In this document: piece by piece, positions 59,357 to 64,000 of the stretch
Numbering within the stretch: the first letter of the stretch is position 1
Layout of the letters: each line of letters opens with the position of its first letter
Source of the DNA: a virus
Lineage: Duplodnaviria; Caudoviricetes
IMG/VR virus record: IMGVR_UViG_3300020045_006302
Location: 1-64,000 of that record
Length of the DNA: 64,000 bases
Strand: one strand, 5' to 3'
Program-made: the position numbers and the translations under genes
The notes under the pieces: model-generated
What the model was told of the DNA's origin: nothing
What the model saw: only the letters and a program-made list of their open reading frames with translations
Databases searched by the model: none

Positions 59357-59998
59357 ATGGCTATTAAATTCTTAAAAACTCTTTCACAAAAAAGAAATGT
59401 ATCAACTTATTCAAAACCGTATGTAATTGCAACAGTAACACCAGGTGTTATTAAATTTACACACGATATTGCAGAAAAACTTGGAGTAGATGAAGCATCT
59501 ACACTTTTACTTCTTGCAGATGATAAAATTGTATATATTGGTAAAGGTTCAGGTTCAGCTAAAAAAGATGAAAATGGAACACTTGTTACTAACGAAAGAG
59601 GTAGGAAAACGTATGAAGGTAAAGTTAAAGGTTCGGCAGTAGCCTATAACAAAGACTTTATGCAAACGTCGAATGCAGGTGCATGGGGAGTTCTAAATGG
59701 AGATGAAAATAAAACAGTTTATTTTACTCTTGGAGATCCGGAAGAAATTGGTGTACTATATGATGAAAATGCATCACCAACAGACCCTGAAAATCAATAT
59801 GTAACTACAGGTTATCCACTGATTTTCTCTAAAGAGAAAGCAAAATCAGTATCAGATAAAGAAGGTGTAGATGCAGATGTAGAAACAGAAGAAGTAGCAG
59901 ATGAAGCTGATGCAGATTTTGATGCCCCTTCTACAGATGGACTAATGCCTACTGAAACAGTAGCAAGTACAACAGGATTTGAAGAAGAAGAAATATAA
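59357..59998 (+). CDS. Abundant hypothetical protein with acidic tail
   Basis: 213 aa, acidic C-terminus, own terminator. Confidence 0.65.
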   Translation: MAIKFLKTLSQKRNVSTYSKPYVIATVTPGVIKFTHDIAEKLGVDEASTLLLLADDKIVYIGKGSGSAKKDENGTLVTNERGRKTYEGKVKGSAVAYNKDFMQTSNAGAWGVLNGDENKTVYFTLGDPEEIGVLYDENASPTDPENQYVTTGYPLIFSKEKAKSVSDKEGVDADVETEEVADEADADFDAPSTDGLMPTETVASTTGFEEEEI

Positions 59999-60024
59999 TC
60001 TATATAAATAGATTTTAAATTAAC

Positions 60025-60056
60025 AAGAGGGCTAATTAATTTTAGTCCTCTTTTTT
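60025..60056 (+). terminator. Intrinsic terminator
   Basis: aagagggctaa/ttagtcctctt stem plus T-run. Confidence 0.8.
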
Positions 60057-60103
60057 AGCATCCAAAATAACACATTTTTATAAAACTTTAATTTAATTTT
60101 ATT

Positions 60104-60832
60104 ATGGGATTTAACGTAACAAAAGAAACAAGAGGAACAGCATTAATGCCAATACCTGTTCCAGTAAAACTTTTAGAAACACAAAGGGATCAATTATTCC
60201 CTATGGGTTATAAATATAGTACAGCACGCTTAGTAAATGTAGTATTTGACCCAGAAAAAGAAGTAAAGCAAAATAATGAAACTACAGTACAGCCAATACT
60301 AAGTTTTATATTTGCTGATGATAAACAACGTCGTGCAACTCTTACATTTTTTGTGCCAAGTGATATGGATGAAGCAAAAAATGATAAAGAAACAGCAAGA
60401 CAACAAGAAAGAATTAAACATATTTGGGATGAAACTGTAGGAGAAGAAAGATTTCCTGAAGAAGGCTTAGCACCTACAGCAGAAAGTCATGGAGATTTCT
60501 TTAGAGAAGTAGCAGATAATTTTAATAAGATAACTCGTGAAGTACCAGGAGGTTCTGCAGAAAAGCCTAAATTAGTTAAAATGTATACTATTGACCGAGT
60601 ATATATAAAATTAACTTATTATAATAATAATATTAATTTTCCATTATTCGGAAATATTATACAAAGAGCAGAAACAGGACAAAAACCATTAGTATGTGAA
60701 AAATTAGATATTAATCCTACATATGATAAACTAAGTAAAGAAGCAGGAGCACCAAAGAATAGCGGAGGAATGTTACCTACAGGTAATGATTCAGCTTTTA
60801 ATTCATTCCCTGATGATTTACCAAATATATAA
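60104..60832 (+). CDS. SSB-like protein
   Basis: 242 aa OB-like beta pattern; flexible tail ending FPDDLPNI; position in the replication module. Confidence 0.55.
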   Translation: MGFNVTKETRGTALMPIPVPVKLLETQRDQLFPMGYKYSTARLVNVVFDPEKEVKQNNETTVQPILSFIFADDKQRRATLTFFVPSDMDEAKNDKETARQQERIKHIWDETVGEERFPEEGLAPTAESHGDFFREVADNFNKITREVPGGSAEKPKLVKMYTIDRVYIKLTYYNNNINFPLFGNIIQRAETGQKPLVCEKLDINPTYDKLSKEAGAPKNSGGMLPTGNDSAFNSFPDDLPNI

Positions 60833-60854
60833 TTAAATCTTTTTAATAATAAAC

Positions 60855-60885
60855 AAGCAGGTATAGATAATATACCTGCTTTTTT
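60855..60885 (+). terminator. Intrinsic terminator
   Basis: aagcaggtata/tatacctgctt perfect 11-bp stem plus T-run. Confidence 0.8.
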
Positions 60886-60896
60886 AATGCCTTAAT

Positions 60897-61145
60897 ATGA
60901 ATACTATAATAGGAGTAATATCAAACATAGTGGATGTTTCTGTAAAGGGAAAGGATAAAAAACTAATCGTAGATTTATCTATAAACAGAGAAGTATTATT
61001 TATAACATTTAAACACAATCTACAAATGTTTACAAATTATAAACAAGGAGATAGAGTTAAAATATCTTTTACTTATAATGGAAGTATTTATAAAGGAAAA
61101 TATATTAATAATATTAATGGACATTCAATAAGCCTTGAGCAATAA
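60897..61145 (+). CDS. Small OB-fold protein (DUF3127-like)
   Basis: F..YKQGDRVKISF...G..YKGKY.NNI.G..I pattern. Confidence 0.55.
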   Translation: MNTIIGVISNIVDVSVKGKDKKLIVDLSINREVLFITFKHNLQMFTNYKQGDRVKISFTYNGSIYKGKYINNINGHSISLEQ

Positions 61146-62253
61146 AAAGAACGTTTTTCCTGATTTAACAAAGAAATACATTTTAGATAGAATTTCACAA
61201 GAAAGACTAATGGAATTTTATACAGAAATACCTGTAATTGATAAACATTTTACAGGTAATTCTTTTTTATCTCCATTAAGACCGGATAATAATCCTACTG
61301 CAAATTATTATTATACAGATACTAATAAACTAAAATTAAGAGATTATGGAATTAGTTTTAATGGTGATGTTTTTGATGTAATATCATATTTAACTAAAAT
61401 AAGTATTAAATCTTCACAAGGATTTGTATTATTACTTCATAAAATAGCTTCAGATTTTCAAATACATAAATATGAAAGTAAGGAAGAAAGAGATATACTT
61501 AATTTAAATGTAAAAAATTATGTAGAAATTAAATCACTAAAAGGATATAAAGTAGTACCAAGAAAATTTAATAAAGTAGATTATAATTACTGGACTTTAC
61601 AATATGGTATTACTCAAGACATGCTTAGAATAGCTAAAATAATACCTATAGATGAATTATATATTACAGATTTTAATGGATTTTTTTATAGAAGATATGT
61701 ATATAGTAATAATAATCCCGGATATGCTTATTACGGAGGAACAGAAAATGGAGTAAATATATGGAAATGTTATTTTCCTTTTTCTACAGATAAAAAAAAG
61801 AAATTTACTACCAATAAATCCTTTATACAAGGAGAACATATGTTAGTTCCTGCAGAAATATGTGTATTAACAAAATCTTATAAAGATGTACTTTGTTATA
61901 AATCATTTGGAATACAGGCAGTCGCAGTAGCGTCAGAAAGTAGTTTACCAGATAAAGATTTTATATTTAAATTAAAAAGTTATTACAATGTAGTTATCTC
62001 TAATATGGATTATGATACTGCCGGTATAAAACTTTCTAACAAACTAAAAAAAATTTATAATATACAGCCAGTAATGTTTACACAAGGTAAATACGGTAGT
62101 ATTAATTATGGAGTAAAAGATTTTAGTGATTTTATAAAACTATATGGTAGAGAAAAAGCATTACAATTGTTAATAATGACAATAGGTAATTATAGAGAAG
62201 ACTTAGATAATATAAATATAATTAATTATAATATTTTAAAAGATATTAAATGA
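61135..62253 (+). CDS. DNA primase (crAss-type, TOPRIM)
   Basis: SPLRPDNNPT, +RDYG....GDVFD, LTKSYKDV, SE, MDYDTAG and KDFSDFIK motifs. Confidence 0.85.
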   Translation: MSNKKNVFPDLTKKYILDRISQERLMEFYTEIPVIDKHFTGNSFLSPLRPDNNPTANYYYTDTNKLKLRDYGISFNGDVFDVISYLTKISIKSSQGFVLLLHKIASDFQIHKYESKEERDILNLNVKNYVEIKSLKGYKVVPRKFNKVDYNYWTLQYGITQDMLRIAKIIPIDELYITDFNGFFYRRYVYSNNNPGYAYYGGTENGVNIWKCYFPFSTDKKKKFTTNKSFIQGEHMLVPAEICVLTKSYKDVLCYKSFGIQAVAVASESSLPDKDFIFKLKSYYNVVISNMDYDTAGIKLSNKLKKIYNIQPVMFTQGKYGSINYGVKDFSDFIKLYGREKALQLLIMTIGNYREDLDNINIINYNILKDIK

Positions 62254-62597
62254 AAATACTTAAAAGTTTAAAACACGTAAAGTTAGAAACAGTTAGAAAA
62301 GTAGATATAAAAGTAGATATAAAAGATGATGTTAAAATTGTTAAAACTATAAAAAGTTCTAAACCTAAGTATAGTAATTATATTAAATCTAAACCTAATA
62401 AAAATACAACATCATTTTATAAATTAAAAACAATATATAAAATAAATGAAAATAACGAAATAATTAAAGAATATACTGATATAGAAGAATGTATAAAAGA
62501 TTTAAAAATAGATAAGATTTTTGCTATAAGAATTTTAACAGGATTAAATAAAATAAAAATACCTTATAAATTAGTATATAAATCTAAATATAAATAA
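62250..62597 (+). CDS. Basic protein with NUMOD1-like C-terminus
   Basis: IYKINEN.EIIKEY.DI.E...L...I...L......Y...Y pattern. Confidence 0.5.
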   Translation: MKILKSLKHVKLETVRKVDIKVDIKDDVKIVKTIKSSKPKYSNYIKSKPNKNTTSFYKLKTIYKINENNEIIKEYTDIEECIKDLKIDKIFAIRILTGLNKIKIPYKLVYKSKYK

Positions 62598-62609
62598 TAA
62601 AAGTATTAA

Positions 62610-63044
62610 TTGAATATGAAAGCAATTAAATTAAAGATATTAAGGAGCAAAGAAGAAGCATTCATGTATGCACTTCTTCCCTGTACAGAATCATCCATTG
62701 AAGCTACGAGAGTAAATAAAGGCTTAGATAAATCTATATTAGATTTTGCAAGAGAACAAAATATAATAACTTTTGACCAAGATATAGAAGGAATATATTA
62801 TTTAGGAGAATTAGATAAATTTTCTTCATATGGACAATTAGTATATAAATTTCCATTAACTAAACGTCAGATAGTAGATAAAAAGAAAGAACAATTTAGA
62901 GATTATGGAATGGATATAGAAAAACAAAAAGAATATATGCATTTAGTAATTTTATGTTCATCTGCGGCAGTAAGTTGGAAAACAGCAATAAAAGCATCAG
63001 GAAGTAAATTTGGAGTAATATGTAAAGTAAAACTACATGGATAA
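62610..63044 (+). CDS. Hypothetical protein
   Basis: 144 aa ORF; the start is TTG, with ATG two codons later. Confidence 0.55.
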   Translation: MNMKAIKLKILRSKEEAFMYALLPCTESSIEATRVNKGLDKSILDFAREQNIITFDQDIEGIYYLGELDKFSSYGQLVYKFPLTKRQIVDKKKEQFRDYGMDIEKQKEYMHLVILCSSAAVSWKTAIKASGSKFGVICKVKLHG

Positions 63045-63753
63045 AATAGTTTATGTTACTATAGAGGAAAAAATAGATAAAATAGATTTAAAAAATAATT
63101 ACTATTATTATGATAAAATACATCAAGAATCTATAGCAGTAATTAATAATACAAAATTACCTAATAAATATCTAATAAATAAAGAAGGAAATACAAATAA
63201 ATTAAATATTAAATTTCCTTATGGTATTGGTATATTTGTAAAAAGTAGATTACAAGTAGTAGAAGGTTATATAGATAAAAACAATAAAGAATATAATAGA
63301 AAAGTAGGAGAAGAAAGAGTAACTTATTCCGATTTTCCATTAGTATATAAAATTATTAATACAATAACAAAAGAAGTATTAGAAGTAATACCAACAAATA
63401 AAGAAGAATTTGATTATAAACCTTTAATCAATGAATTGAAAGACTTTCTAAAGGGAAAGGATGATGTAGAAATAGTATCATTAGTAGGTAATCAATTAAA
63501 AATAAAAGTGAAAATGAATTTAGTTGCAAAATATGCAGGAAGAGTTATAGAATTAAGAAAAGACTTAGAAATACATAAAAAAGGAGAAAGACTTACTATA
63601 GATAAAATAGAATTAGATACTATTGAAAAAGGTAAAGGAATTAAAATATATTTTGATTTAGGAGAAGAATCTTCTGTAGAAGAAATTAATGATGCTCCTG
63701 GAAATTGGAAATATGAAACATGGTTAAGTAAAAACATTAAAATAATTTATTAA
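63037..63753 (+). CDS. Hypothetical protein
   Basis: 238 aa ORF. Confidence 0.6.
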   Translation: MDKIVYVTIEEKIDKIDLKNNYYYYDKIHQESIAVINNTKLPNKYLINKEGNTNKLNIKFPYGIGIFVKSRLQVVEGYIDKNNKEYNRKVGEERVTYSDFPLVYKIINTITKEVLEVIPTNKEEFDYKPLINELKDFLKGKDDVEIVSLVGNQLKIKVKMNLVAKYAGRVIELRKDLEIHKKGERLTIDKIELDTIEKGKGIKIYFDLGEESSVEEINDAPGNWKYETWLSKNIKIIY

Positions 63754-63754
63754 T

Positions 63755-63982
63755 ATGACTGCACAAGAAGCAAGAGAAATAACAGAAGAAAATTCAAAAT
63801 ATATAGAAGATAAATTAAAAACTATATTTGAAAAAATAAAAGAAAAATGTATAGAAGGTAAGGATAGCATTTCTATAGATATACCTGAAAGTAATTATAA
63901 CGTATATACAAAAAAATTAAGAGATTTGGATTATGATGTAACAAGAAATCAAAATACAACTATATACATAATATCTTGGTAA
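63755..63982 (+). CDS. Small phage protein (MTAQEAR...ISW family)
   Basis: 75 aa; MTA.EAR...+..I...I...G......L..LGY.V......+ISW-type pattern. Confidence 0.6.
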   Translation: MTAQEAREITEENSKYIEDKLKTIFEKIKEKCIEGKDSISIDIPESNYNVYTKKLRDLDYDVTRNQNTTIYIISW

Positions 63983-64000
63983 ATATGGATACATTATATA

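Larger units (their letters stand above)
501..63458. repeat. Dispersed ~21-bp motif, 17 copies (core YTCCCWNTASA)
   Basis: Plus-strand copies at 501, 3906, 19296, 31458, 36742, 39355, 48535, 55692 and 62676; minus-strand copies at 6011, 18259, 31401, 39793, 48821, 55494, 60932 and 63438. Confidence 0.8.

Noticed and set aside
40887-63737. Minus-strand ORFs at 40887, 43076, 48719, 53935, 56424, 57072, 58163, 61657 and 63492
   Set aside because: Antisense shadows of early/replication genes or of promoter DNA.

Overview
An AT-rich 64 kb segment of a crAss-like (Crassvirales-type) podophage of a Bacteroidota host, probably a flavobacterium-like one given a T9SS sorting domain and a TTG-N20-TAnnTTTG promoter. 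It reads in the standard genetic code with two divergent arms. The left arm (minus strand, 1-39306) is the late/virion module: a virion RNA polymerase ORF of at least 2790 codons that runs off the window and is absent from the ORF track, ejection proteins, muzzle, ring and tail proteins, an amidase lysis cassette, major capsid protein, portal, TerL and a PD-(D/E)XK nuclease. The right arm (plus strand, 40486-64000) holds many small early genes, then the replication module: DEDDh exonuclease, Dda/RecD-like helicase, family A polymerase, SF2 helicase, annealing protein, SSB-like proteins and primase. Several DNA/RNA-level signals are not explained by the genes. (1) About 150-bp GC-enriched islands with roughly 10-11 bp periodicity, synonymously written into four late genes and present in two intergenic gaps; these are candidate gyrase/protein-wrapping sites. 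(2) A ~21-bp motif (core YTCCCWNTASA) found 17 times on both strands, often as opposite-facing pairs. (3) Long C-free and G-free tracts ending in a 31/36 inverted repeat that bracket the first early genes. (4) A complete type II hammerhead ribozyme with a pseudoknot. (5) A signal peptide fused to a stand-alone T9SS C-terminal domain. (6) A HAD phosphatase with substituted catalytic aspartates abutting terL. All calls were made by eye from remembered family motifs; no searches were run.
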